From assembly GCA_000004695.1 (NCBI GenBank), contig CM000153.2, positions 1,536,001 through 1,600,000 on the forward strand: a stretch of 64,000 bases of DNA, read 5' to 3'. The translations under genes were made by a program, and so were the position numbers. The notes beneath the pieces are model-generated. The model saw only the letters and a list, made by a program, of their open reading frames with translations, made no database searches and was not told the origin of the DNA. Positions 1-11,238 of this stretch are shown in pieces. How positions within the stretch are numbered: position 1 is the first letter of the stretch; every line of letters starts with the position of its first letter. This stretch comes from Dictyostelium discoideum. Its lineage: Eukaryota.

Positions 1-1
1 C

Positions 2-451
2 GAACAAGGTCAATTCGAAAAAGTTACCGAAACCGTCACTATTGCCGCCCCAGCTGCACCAAAAGCTGATGATGACGTTGATCTCTTTGGTTCCGATGAT
101 GAAGATGATGAAGAATACGAAAGACAATTAGAAGAAAGACGTAAGAAAGCTATGGAACACAAAAAACCAAAGGAAACCGTCATTGCTAAATCTTCAATTC
201 TCTTGGATGTTAAGCCATGGGATGATGAAACCGATATGGTCGAATTAGAAAAATGCGTTCGTTCAATTGAAATGGACGGTTTAGTCTGGGGTGCCTCAAA
301 ACTCGTTGCCGTTGGTTATGGTATCAAAAAGTTAGTCATCAATTTAGTCGTCGAAGATCTTAAAGTTTCAACCGATGAATTAGAAGAAAAAATTAAAGAT
401 TTCGAAGATTACGTCCAATCCGTTGATGTTGCTGCTTTCAATAAAATCTAA
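2..451 (+). CDS. efa1B: Elongation factor 1-beta (eEF1B alpha/beta) guanine-nucleotide exchange domain, 5'-truncated at window edge
   Basis: The frame is open from nt 2 with a stop at 449-451. It encodes ...[57 protein letters not shown]...[26 protein letters not shown], the classic EF-1beta acidic linker and C-terminal exchange domain. The gene symbol is a guess at Dictyostelium nomenclature. Confidence 0.85.
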   Translation, partial: EQGQFEKVTETVTIAAPAAPKADDDVDLFGSDDEDDEEYERQLEERRKKAMEHKKPKETVIAKSSILLDVKPWDDETDMVELEKCVRSIEMDGLVWGASKLVAVGYGIKKLVINLVVEDLKVSTDELEEKIKDFEDYVQSVDVAAFNKI

Positions 452-746
452 ATTGTTTGTTTTTTTTTAAAAAGACAACAAAAATTATATTATAATAACC
501 TTTTTTTCCAATAAATATGTTGTTTTGTAAAGAAATTAAATTATTATTATTATTTTCATTTTTAATTATTAAAATTGTTGTATCTTTAGGGGGAATTTCC
601 CATTTTTTTTTTTTTTTATTTTATTTTTTTTTTTATTTTATTTTTTTTTTTCCTATTTTTAATTTTTTTATTTTTGTTTTAACCACCCAAAATAAAAATA
701 ATAATAAAGTAGTGGTTTAATTTTTTTTTTTTTTTTTTCAATAATA

Positions 747-1111
747 ATGAATTCTAAAATTAATTTAATAATTGTAAAAGAAAAGGAAGAACAATTTAAA
801 ATATTAGAAATAATAAAAAAAGAAGGATCAAAGTTTTCTCAATTAGAGAGAGCTGAAAATGAAATAAAAATTGGTTTATCAATTTGGTTTGTTGATGATA
901 TTAAATCACCACAATTTATAATATCATTTGAATTATTAGATGCTTTAATAAAAATTTATTCAAATGGTAATATTGAAATTGCAAAAACTTGTTTAAGTTC
1001 AATTGATTGGAGAATTGGTTTCTTTTTAAATTTTCCTGATATTGATAAAAATGAATTATTAAATAAAACTAATCATAATGGTGCTATAAAATATCATTTT
1101 CAAAATAAAAT
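747..1111 (+). CDS. Putative GNAT-family N-acetyltransferase, exon 1 of 2 (speculative splice)
   Basis: ORF 747..1115. A GTAAAT donor overlaps the stop at 1112. Splicing to the AG at 1249-1250 joins ...NKI to EKLTFIET in frame. Exon 2 is in frame 1, which is open back to 1252. Confidence 0.4.
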
Positions 1112-1214
1112 GTAAATAAATAAATTAAATTAATTATATAAATAAATAAATAAATAAAATATTAATTAAATTATTTTATTTTAATTTTTATTTTATTCTT
1201 TTATAATAATAATA

Positions 1215-1250
<36 letters not shown>

Positions 1251-1251
<1 letters not shown>

Positions 1252-1854
1252 GAAAAATTAACATTTATTGAAACTCCAAATAAAGAAATTGTAAAAATAA
1301 TTAAAAAAATATTAACAAAATATAAATTTAAAGTTTTTGTAAGTATAGAATATTCAGAATATGTATTAAAAATTGAAAATGAAGATAAATTAAATGAAAA
1401 GATAAAAGAGTTGGAAATGAATTTAGATGGTAATGAAATTATATTAAATTATGATGATATTGAATTTGCAAATTCATTTTGGATATATAAAGGTCAATTC
1501 TCAACTGAAGAATTTAAATGGAGTTCTGATAATGGTTTAGCATTTGGTTATAAAGCTAATGGTGGTGGTAGTGATGGTGATGGTAATAGTGATGGTGATG
1601 GAAAATTAATATGTTGGAATTTAATAAAATCTGATGGGAAAACTGTACATTTATTCACTTTACCTGAATTTAGGGGAAAAGGGTATGCTTTAAAAGTGAA
1701 ATCAAAAACTTTAATTTCAATTTTAAAAAATAATTTAATACCTTTATCTTATATTAGTGAAGATAATACAGCTTCTCAAAATTTAAGTTTAAAATTAGGT
1801 TTTAAAAAAACATTATCAGTTCAATCAATTGAAGCTCAATTAAATGATATTTAA
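1251..1854 (+). CDS. Putative GNAT-family N-acetyltransferase, exon 2 (or a standalone gene from the ATG at 1411)
   Basis: The C-terminus LFTLPEFRGKGYALKV...LSLKLGFKK matches GNAT motif A (R/Q-x-x-G-x-G/A). The frame is open upstream of the listed start back to the poly(A) tract. Confidence 0.5.
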
Positions 1855-1969
1855 AAATAAAAATATTATTGTTTTTATTAAAAAAAAAAAAAATATAAAA
1901 AAAATAAAAAATAATAATTAATTTCTTTTTATCACATTGAAAGTGAATTGAATTGAATTAATTTTATTG

Positions 1970-2003
<34 letters not shown>

Positions 2004-2218
2004 AATTTTTTTTTTTTTTAGATTTATAGTGTGGTTTGGGTTTCTTAATTATTATAATTTTTTTTTTTTTTTTTTGTGATAATCAAAAAAATTTTAAAAT
2101 AAACACGAGTGTGGTTTAAAATAAAAATAAAATAATTAAAAAAAAAAAATTATTTAAAAAAAATAAAAAAAAAAAAAAAAAATAAAATTGATTTTTTTTT
2201 TTTAATTTGGTTTAAGGG

Positions 2219-2275
<57 letters not shown>

Positions 2276-2386
2276 TAAAACCCCCCCAAAAATAAAAAAA
2301 ATAACTGTATCGTTAAAAATAAATAAATATAAAAAGTCAAAAAAGTTGTTGTATTATAAAAAAAAATCAAAAAAAAATCAAAAGAA

Positions 2387-3134
2387 ATGTTAGAAAAATT
2401 TGATTATGAATTAATTAAATCAGCAGGAAATAATGATATAAAGAAATTAAGGGAAATGTTAGATTGTGGAGTTGATATAAATATGAAAGAAGCAGATAAA
2501 GGTACAACAGCAATACATATAGCATGTACAAGAGGACATAAACAAGCTATTGAGGTATTGGTATCACGTGGTGTTGATGTCAATGTTCAAGATAATAGAG
2601 GTGTTACACCATTACATTCATTAGTTAATAGTAGATATGACATTTTAGCATTATGGTTAATTCGTCATGGTGCTAAAATCAATATACCCGATAATAATAA
2701 TTTCTCAGCCTATGATTTAGCACATGGTTGGTTTCAAAAGGAGATGGTTTTAGCATCTGAGGGTAAAACATCCCAAAGTGAAGAGAAACTTGAAGAACAA
2801 CAAAAAGAAATGAAACAAAAACAAGAACAATATCAAAAACAAGTTTCAACATTGCGTGAAAAAATGTCAACAATTGATGTATCAACATCAACAACAACAA
2901 CAATGGCATCATCAGCAAATTTTGGAGCATCTTCAGGTTATGATACAATTAGAGGTGGTGTTTTATTAAATTCTTCAGAAGTTTTAAAAGTTTTCTTTAG
3001 AAATGAATCTTATAAATCAATTAAAGTTTCAAGTACTGATACTGCAAGAGAATTATGTAAAAGAATGGTTGAAAAATTCAATATGCCATCTTATGATAAA
3101 TGTTTTGATATTGTTGAAACAATAAAAGGAAAAT
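2387..3134 (+). CDS. Ankyrin-repeat + Ras-association (RA/ubiquitin-like) domain protein, exon 1
   Basis: Three ANK repeats (TAIHIACTRGHKQAIEVLVSRGVDVN..., GVTPLHSLV...) are followed by a coiled-coil Q/E/K stretch and the start of an RA-like domain (LKVFFRNESYKSIKVSSTDTARELCKRMVEKFNM). A GTAATT donor at 3135 precedes the (TAT)n tract. Confidence 0.7.
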
Positions 3135-3137
3135 GTA

Positions 3138-3209
<72 letters not shown>

Positions 3210-3259
3210 TTGTTGGTTTATTAATTTATTAATTATTTTTTTATTTTTAAATTTATTAG

Positions 3260-3423
3260 CTCGTTTTTTACAACCAACAGATTTATTATTACAATCAAAA
3301 TCAAAATGGCCAGTAATTGTTGGTACATCTGGAAATGAAACTCATTTACATTGTTATTTCTCCTGTGTAATTAGAAAAACTGCACCACCAGAATGTGTTG
3401 AACAATTCCAAAAAATTATTTAA
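3260..3423 (+). CDS. Ankyrin + RA-domain protein, exon 2 (terminal)
   Basis: The acceptor ...atttattAG is at 3258-3259 and the splice is phase-1. Exon 2 encodes SRFLQPTDLLLQSKSKWPVIVGTSGNETHLHCYFSCVIRKTAPPECVEQFQKII*, which completes the RA-domain fold. The intervening 125-nt intron is AT-rich and holds a (TAT)n microsatellite. Confidence 0.6.
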
Positions 3424-3524
3424 AATTAAAATTATTATTTTTGTACATTATTATAATAAAAAAAAAAAAAAAAAGATTGTTTATTCTTATAAGACAGTTT
3501 GATAATATAGATTCATTTTTTGTA

Positions 3525-3770
3525 GAATTATTGTTTAATAAAAATGTAAAATAAAACAAAAAAGATTTTTTTTTTTTGAAATAATTTTTATTTTATTTTT
3601 TTTTTTGTTTATTATGTATGGATTGAAAAATCTAGAATTTAGGAAAAACCTTATACTTTTCTAATTGACCAGCTATTATTTATTTGCAAAAAGATGACTA
3701 TCTATCTCATCTTGGAATTGTATAAATGATAAATTACCCTCTTTTTCTTTAGTTGTGATGAGATATTACC
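3525..3770 (+). repeat. Left arm of a roughly 250-bp inverted repeat pair (partner 5500..5760 on the opposite strand)
   Basis: Direct comparison shows ...taataaaaatgtaaaataaaacaaaaaagat...tctagaatttagg.aaa.ccttatacttttctaattgaccagctattatttatt.gcaaaaagatgactatct.tctcatcttggaattgta.aaatgataaatta.cctcttt.tctttt.gttgtgatga... recurs as its reverse complement at 5500-5760, about 85-90% identical with indels. Confidence 0.8.
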
Positions 3771-4295
3771 CAAAATTTGATAGGATAATTTCAGAAAATT
3801 TTCTAAATTTAATATGTTGCCCAACAGGAAAGTTTGGACCAACAAAATCAACCATTACACCAAATGTTAACAACAACAATTATTTTAATGGTTGAGGGAA
3901 AAATGAAAAATTATATTATAGTGATATTATTTATGAAAAAATTCATCAAAATAAATTTGTAAATATGGGTGATTGGTTTAATATGGATATTTCACAAACA
4001 AATGGAAAACTATTATCATTTTCCATAAAAATGATTTAGATAATAATATTTATTTTGAAAGCTATGAAATATAAACCAACTTTTTAATTCAATCAACATA
4101 AACTGTATGTGTTACATTATTAATACAAAAAAAAAACAAAAAAATAATCTTTTTTTAATGCAAATATGATTTTTTAAAAATAAAATAAAAATAAAACTAA
4201 TGTAAAAAAAAAAAATTTGGAACACACAAAATCTTGGTTATTATTATTATTATTATTATTTGTATATAATCAAAAAAAAAAAAATTGGCTCCAAA

Positions 4296-4440
4296 TTTCT
4301 CTTGTGTAATTAGAAAAACTGATCCACCAGAATGTGTTGAACAATTCCAAAAAATTATTTAAAACCAAAACAAATATTTTTGTACATTTATTAAAATAAA
4401 AAAAAATAAAAAAAAAGATTGTTATATTTTTAAAATATTG
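4296..4440 (+). pseudogene. Duplicated fragment of the 3' coding end plus 3'UTR of the ANK-RA gene (copy of 3356..3500)
   Basis: ...tgtgtaattagaaaaactg(c/a)(a/t)ccaccagaatgtgttgaacaattccaaaaaattatttaa... with the following UTR (...tttttgtacatt...aaaagattgtt...) is about 90% identical to 3356-3500. There is no upstream exon or acceptor context, so it is a gene fragment. Confidence 0.7.
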
Positions 4441-4660
4441 TATATATTATTACAATTTATAAATTAATATTATTTTTCCTTTTTTTAATTTTTTTTTTAA
4501 TTTAATAAATATCTTTAACCTCAAAATCAAGCTTATTTTTTATTAATTCAAGATATAGTTGGAAATATTCTGGTTATTTTAAAAAATTTTTATTTCCAGA
4601 ATTTAAAAGATAAAGAAATTAATACAATTATAATTTGTAAATAATAGAGAAAAAAAAAAA

Positions 4661-4990
4661 ATAATAAAAGCCTTTATTTATATTATTATCTATTATTTTT
4701 TTAATGATGCTAATGAAGATTGCTTTGTAAGATCTCTCATTTGAACCTTAAAGTAATTATTGTAGCTTGTGATTTCAAGTGGCCATTTAGTAATAGTTTT
4801 ATTATCACAAACCCAAATTTCTTTTGCAACTTGAGAGATTAATCTAAAATCGTGAGATACTAATATCATGCCTCCGGGGAAAGAATTGATGGCCAAAGCT
4901 AAACTATCAATACATTCCATATCTCTTCAAGAAAATGATCAAAATAGTCAAAAACGATTAAATTTAATGTTTTAAAACGATCAAAAGGTC
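4661..4990 (-). pseudogene. Diverged duplicate of the ABCF terminal exon (exon 3) plus about 80 nt of intron and the 3'UTR; pseudo-exon or alternative terminal exon
   Basis: Minus-strand ORF 4693..4920 ([75 protein letters not shown]) is near-identical at the nucleotide level to 6455..6682. Its flanks match 6431-6760, including the acceptor ttcttgaAG. The changes cluster as nonsynonymous substitutions in the C-terminal half. Confidence 0.65.
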
Positions 4991-5499
4991 TAATAATGAT
5001 TTATCTGGTCTATTCAAACATGATGACATTACCGAGGTACAAGATTAAGATTTATTATTCAATAACTTAGGTATGTATTATTGTTTACCTTTTAGAAAAA
5101 AAAAAAAACTATTAATAATAATAATATTTATAAAAATTTTAAATCTAATCAAATTTTAGGTAGTATATCATCAGTAACAAATTTATCAATCAATATTACC
5201 GAAATCAATGGCAAATATTTAATAGATTTAGCTGGGAATCGTATTATTACATCTTTTTCAATTCTTTCTGGCGATCTTTATTAAGTGTTGTTTTGGTTCA
5301 CTCTGATTCAAAACCCCATTTATTTATAGTATCTGAATGAAAAAGTTTAGCAACTACATTGTTAAACTTTTTTCAATTACCACCAAAAATTGGGTCACTC
5401 AATTTATATTTTTATGGCTTTTCAACATTGTTCAATTATACACTACTATATTGATAATCATTTTTTTATGTACACCATCGATAGTGGTAGATAAAATGG

Positions 5500-5760
5500 A
5501 AATTTTATTTAGATTCATCACAACAAAAGACAAAGAGGATAATTTATCATTAGTACAATTCCAAGATGAGAAAGATAGTCATCTTTTTGCCAATAAATAA
5601 TAGCTGGTCAATTAGAAAAGTATAAGGATTTCTCTAAATTCTAGAGTTTTTAATCTATACAAAATAAACAAATAAAAAATAAAATACAAAAAGTTTTAAA
5701 AAAAAAAACCTATATCTTTTTTGTTTTATTTTACATTTTTATTAGAAAACAAAAAGTATT
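5500..5760 (-). repeat. Right arm of the inverted repeat pair (partner 3525..3770)
   Basis: It is the reverse complement of the left arm, with a roughly 110-nt insertion relative to it. The spurious + ORF 5337..5600 overlaps it. Confidence 0.8.
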
Positions 5761-6454
5761 AACTATGTAACAAATATAATTTTAAAATTATTCCCAACTT
5801 TGGCCTCGAATTATTATAGCGATTTGTTGATGGGTTGAAATTACCCAAATTACCTAGTTTGTTAATAAAATTTGATTATTAAAAAGAAAAAAAAAAAATT
5901 GTGTATATTTTTTTTATTTTTTTTTGTTTATTTTTTATTTTTTTTTTAATTAAACAAACCAAATACTCTAATTCAATTTTAATGAACAAATTGAATATTA
6001 TTTCAAACTTTTTTTTTTAACATTAATCAAAACTAAGTAAATACTTATACCCCTACCTGGCTTTTTTTATTTTTACCTGCACCTGAGTTATTGAAAATTT
6101 TTTTCAACAACTGACATATCCTACCTGACGTACCTATACCCATTTAGAAACTCAAATCAGATCACCAAAAGTATCGCCATCTTTAAGATATTTAACATTT
6201 TTGAAATACAATTCCGAGGTCGAGATAAATGATTATTAACATCGGTTGGTTAAATAGTAAAAGAAAAGAGGCATGTAAATTGGGGAAGTGTTTAAGATTA
6301 TTTGGATATTTTCCAATTCACAATCGGATTCTATTAAATTTAATATAAAAAAAAAAAAATAATAATAATAATAATAATAATAATAAACTAATTAAATATT
6401 ATAACAATACAATTATATTTTTATAAAAAAAGCCTTTATTTATATTATTATCTA

Positions 6455-6686
6455 TTATTTTTTTAATGATGCTAATGCGCCTTGCTTTGTGAGATCTCTC
6501 ATTTGAGCCTTTAAGTGATTCTTATAGCTTGTGATATCACCTGCCCATTTAGTAATAGTTTTATTATCACAAACCCAAATTTCTTTTGCAACTTGAGAGA
6601 TTAATCTAAAATCGTGAGATACTAATATCATGCCTCCGGGGAAAGAATTGATGGCCAAAGCTAAACTATCAATACATTCCATATCT
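6455..6686 (-). CDS. ABCF-family (ABCF2/Arb1/GCN20-like) ABC ATPase, exon 3 (terminal)
   Basis: The acceptor cttgaAG lies on the minus strand and the splice is phase-2. The junction encodes ...PTNHL|[47 protein letters not shown]..., the end of the second NBD (D-loop/H-loop SHD) of ABCF proteins. Confidence 0.8.
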
Positions 6687-6860
6687 CTTCAAGAAAATGA
6701 TCAAAATGGTCAAATTTAACGACAAAATGGTCAAAAACGATTAAATTTAATGTTTTAAAATGATCAAAAGGTCAAATTTAATGATAAAATGGTCAAAAAA
6801 CGATTAAATTTAATGTTTTAAAATGATCAAAAAGGTCAAGTTTATAGTAATAAAATGGTT
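6687..6860. repeat. Tandem roughly 55-60-bp repeats inside ABCF intron 2 (aaaatggtcaaaaacgattaaatttaatgttttaaaatgatcaaaaggtcaa...)
   Basis: There are two to three near-identical units. One unit is also present in the duplicated copy at 4921-4990. Confidence 0.75.
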
Positions 6861-6965
6861 AAAATGACTATAGTTAGTATCGATTATATATTATTTATAA
6901 AAACAATTGTTTATAAATGTTTGTTGTTTTTTTTTTTTTTTTGGAATAATAAAAAAAGTACTTAC

Positions 6966-8359
6966 AAATGATTTGTTGGTTCATCAAGTAATAAAAGATG
7001 TGGATTTTCGAGAGCCATAAGACAGAAAATTAAACGAGATTTAATACCATCAGACATACAACCAATAGCTTCAGTTTGAGCTTTACCAGTAACACCAAAT
7101 CTACCAATTTCACGACGCCATTCTTCGGTATCTTTATTCATATGAGCAAATTTAGAACGAACAAAATCCAATGGAGTAGCGGTGAGATCTAAAACTTCAT
7201 GAGCATGTTGATGATAACGAGCCATTTTAAGATGACTATGTTTTTTAATGAAACCTTGAGTTGGTGAGATTTGACCGACCATAAGCTTCAATAAAGTACT
7301 TTTACCAGCACCATTTGGACCAACAAGTGCAATTCTAGAGTCTAAATCGATAGCTAAATCTAAATTTCTATATAAAACATCTGCTTCTTTACCGCTGTAT
7401 GAAAAAGTAACATTATCAAAATGCATGATTGGTGGGGCCAATTCACCACATGGTGGGAATGAAAAATTGAAAATCTTATCTTCTTGTACTCTTTCGACGA
7501 GACCAGCTTCCTCCATTTTATCGATAATCTTTTGTTTTGATTTACCTTGACGGACCAAATTGGAATAGGTACCACAAGATGCGATAAAAGATTTAATGTG
7601 TGCAATTTCTTCTTGTTGTTTGTGGTATGCTTTCATTTGATTGACTTCCAATTCTGCTTTGGTCTTTACAAAGTTATCATAGTTACCACCATAGTATTTT
7701 AATTTTGATTGAGTCATATGGATGATATTGGTACAAACTGCATTGAGGAAATCTTGACTGTGTGAAATGATAATGAGTGAACGATCATAATTGGCTAAAT
7801 AATCCTCCAACCATACACATGCACCTAAATCCAAATGATTGGTTGGTTCATCCAATAAAAGAAGAGTTGGTTTAATGAAAAGTGCTTTGGCAAGTGATAC
7901 TCTCATTCTCCAACCACCAGAAAGATCTTTAGTTTTCTTTAACATTGTTTGACTTGTGAAACCTAAACCAATTAAAATTTCAGATGCTCTTGGTACAAAT
8001 GTAGTTGGATCTAAATTCTCTAAACGTTCATAAACATCAAATAATTCTTCACTTTCTGGACCTTGTTCTTCTAATAATCTCTCTTCCAATACTTCTAAAC
8101 GTTTAACTTCCTTTTCAGCATCATCAATTACTGATTGTAATGCAGTTCTTTCAGATGGATGAGCTTCTTCACTCAAATGGAAAATATCAATATGTTCTGG
8201 AATTGGTAATTCTCTAACTGCCAAACATTGGAAAAAGGTTGATTTACCACAACCATTTTGACCAATAAGACCATATCTTCTACCAAAATTGATTTCAACT
8301 GTTGTATCTGATAACAATTCTTTACCATGGAAAGTTAATGTAACTTGTTCAATTTTAAC
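6966..8359 (-). CDS. ABCF-family ABC ATPase, exon 2 (both nucleotide-binding domains)
   Basis: VKIEQVTLTFHGKELLSDTTVEINFGRRYGLIGQNGCGKST (Walker A), LSGGWRMRVSLAKAL (signature), LLLLDEPTNHLD (Walker B), a second Walker A GPNGAGKST and LLLLDEPTNHL are all present. The donor GTAAGT overlaps the ORF stop at 6960-6965. The exon starts after tttttttAG at 8360-8361. Confidence 0.85.
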
Positions 8360-8446
8360 CTAAAAAAATAAGAGTAGTGAATAGGAGTTTATATTTTTAA
8401 AAAAAAAACAAAGGGTTAGTTTTTATTTTAAATTATTTATTTATTT

Positions 8447-8480
<34 letters not shown>

Positions 8481-8542
8481 CTCCGATAAAACGTAAAACT
8501 TTAAAGGAGAGAAAAAAAAAAAAAAAAAAAAAAAAAACTTAC

Positions 8543-8698
8543 ATCTCTTGATGATTCTTTTGAAGCGAGTGCACCTGTTGCAGTGAATGCATTTAATCTC
8601 ATTTCTTTGAATTTATCTTGAACTTCATCTTCAACATCTGAAGTTGGTGGAGTTACTTCTTTCTTTGATTTATTATTTTTTCCTCCCTTTTTTGCCAT
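8543..8698 (-). CDS. ABCF-family ABC ATPase, exon 1
   Basis: It begins with a true ATG and encodes MAKKGGKNNKSKKEVTPPTSDVEDEVQDKFKEMRLNAFTATGALASKESSRD, followed by a GTAAGT donor. The lysine-rich N-terminus is typical of ABCF2/Arb1. Confidence 0.8.
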
Positions 8699-9365
8699 CT
8701 TTACTGTGTTTTTTTCTTTTGATTTCTATTTGTTTATATTATAGTTTTTATTATTAGTACAACGTTATTTATTTATTTTTTCTATACAATATTATTTGTT
8801 AAAAAAAATTTTAAAAATTTAAAAAAATAAAAAATAAAAAAAATAAAATAAAAAAAAGTAAATAAAATAAAGAAAAAAAAAAAATACAAAAAAAAACAAA
8901 AATAAAAATAAAAATTAAATAAAATAAAATATAAACAAAACAAAACAAAAAATAAAATAAAATAAAATAAAATAAAATAAAATAAAATAAAATTAAAAAA
9001 ATAAAAAAAAAACAAGCGAAAGTTTAAACTTTAAAACAATATTATCGTTTTTTTTTTTTTTTTTTAGTTGTTTTGTATTTTAAAAATAAAAAAAAAAAAA
9101 AAACAGTAATTAAATAAGTGTGGGGTGGGGGTATTTTAAAAAAAAAAAATAAATAAATAAATAAAATTTTGGATGTGTTTTTTTGTTATTTATAAAATTT
9201 GAATGTTTTTTAATTTTTTCATAAAATTATAAATTTACAAAATTAAGACCATTTCGCAAATGTATACAAATATTTACAAATAATAATAAAATTAAAATAA
9301 TTATAATAAAATAAACATACACTTTTGACTATAGTCTTGGGTTGGAGTCGTAGGAAAACAAAGAG

Positions 9366-9404
<39 letters not shown>

Positions 9405-9547
9405 TGTTTCGTTTTTTTTTTTTTTTTTTTTAAATTTTTTTTTTATTTTTATTTTTTTTTATTTTTATTTTTTTTTTTCGAATTTTTCTTTTAATTCGTT
9501 TTTTCACACCCCTTCCATATTTTTATTTTTAATTTTAATTTTGTTTT

Positions 9548-9579
<32 letters not shown>

Positions 9580-9755
9580 GATCGAGAAGTTGGGGCTGAG
9601 TATTATTGGAGATAAAAAACGTATTTAGTGGCTTTTTTTTATTTTTAATTTATTTTTTATTATTATTTTTTTTTTTTAAAGTTACTAAATTGAAAATCAA
9701 ATTAACCATTCAAATAATCCATGTGAAAATGACAAAAAATAATGATAATAAAATA

Positions 9756-9797
<42 letters not shown>

Positions 9798-9922
9798 ATA
9801 ATAATAAGAAACCATTCAAATAATTGTTTGGAATAAGAAATTGGTTTTTACCTTTTTATTAAAAATAAAAAAAAAAAAAATAAAAAAAAAATTGTTTAAT
9901 TACAAAAAAAAAAAAAAATTAT

Positions 9923-10228
9923 TTAATAATCGTATTCGGAATAGTTATCAAAACCATTATCATAATTATATGGATCATTGTTGAATGCATTTGTTGAGTC
10001 ACTAAAATCATTTTGAAAACTTGAAATATCATTTTTTAATTGTTCAATCAAAATCTTTTCGTTTAATGGTTTAATTTTAATAATACTAAAACCATCATTT
10101 TGATTTTGAAATTCTAATTCCAATAAATTATTTGCCAACAAATTTAAATTGTCCGATAAATATTTTGATTGATTTTCTTTCTCTAAATTTCTAAAATCAC
10201 TTACTTCGCCTAATATTGATTTCGATAT
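9923..10228 (-). CDS. RMI1 (RecQ-mediated genome instability 1) homolog, exon 3 (terminal)
   Basis: The acceptor cttttAG is on the minus strand and the exon encodes ISKSILGEVSDFRNLEKENQSKYLSDNLNLLANNLLELEFQNQND...EYDY*. It is in frame with exon 2 through a GTAAGT donor at 10345-10350. Confidence 0.6.
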   Translation of the reverse strand: MSKSILGEVSDFRNLEKENQSKYLSDNLNLLANNLLELEFQNQNDGFSIIKIKPLNEKILIEQLKNDISSFQNDFSDSTNAFNNDPYNYDNGFDNYSEYDY

Positions 10229-10350
10229 CTAAAAGATTTTTTGGGGAAAAAAAAAAAAAAAAAGAAAAAATTAGGAAAAAAAAAAAAAAACCAGGAAAAA
10301 AAAAAAAAAACCAGGAAAAAAAAACCAAGAAAAAAAAAAAAACTACTTAC

Positions 10351-11105
10351 ATTTGGAGAAAGTAATACATTTTTTAAAGAATCTGAACCATCACACAATA
10401 CTAATTTTATATTAAACATTCCACTTTTAATTGAGAGTTTGATACCACCAATTGAGGCCAAAACATTCAGTTTTGTTTTTGGTTTATAGATCGAAATTTT
10501 TTGATTAATTTCTGAAATATAGGTAACAAAACTTGTATCTTTATCATTGACTATTAAATTATTATCATTTCTATTTACACCATTAAATTCATCATCTAAA
10601 TATATAACACTAAGATCATTTTTAGAAGCTTTGAAAGTTGTGGTAGTAGTGGTAGTGGTAGTACTTGTAGAAGTGAATGAAGATTTTGAATTTTCATTAT
10701 TATTATCGTTTAATAAATTTACTCTGTTTGTTATTAATGATTGAGGTGGAGATAGTAATGATATTGGTATATCTTTTGTGATTCCCTGATTTATTGTATT
10801 GGCACTGGTAGGTGTTGTAGTGGAGGTAGTAGTGGTGGATGATGACGATGACGAAGACAAAGGTGGTCTTTTAATAATTCCACTTGTACTTGGTTTAATT
10901 GGGAGGGTTGGTCTAATTGTTGATGTTGTTGCTGTAGCTGTACTTGGGTTTGACAGATGTATTGTTGGTCTTATTAAATTTGATGGTGTAGTATTTGCAA
11001 TATTGGCAGTAGCAGCTATATTCATTCTATTGATACCCAATGTAGAGACTGTGGATGTTGTAGTTTGTTTATTAATATTATTTACAGGTAAGATATTTGA
11101 TCGGG

Positions 11106-11136
<31 letters not shown>

Positions 11137-11167
11137 TACTAAGTTCCTATTACTTTTATTGCTATTA

Positions 11168-11238
<71 letters not shown>

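Noticed and set aside
517-720. ORF-track entries lying wholly in poly(T)/poly(A) or simple AT repeats (for example 517-720, 8782-9015, 9325-9836, 21467-21679, 21888-22303, 25653-25895, 40335-40721, 41530-42057, 63116-63384)
   Set aside because: Their translations are poly-F/K/L/I with no codon structure. They sit in intergenic homopolymer tracts and show low-complexity artefacts only.
5337-5600. Plus-strand 87-aa ORF inside the right inverted-repeat arm
   Set aside because: It lies within the repeat, has no homology and has hydrophobic low-complexity content. It is most likely a chance ORF.
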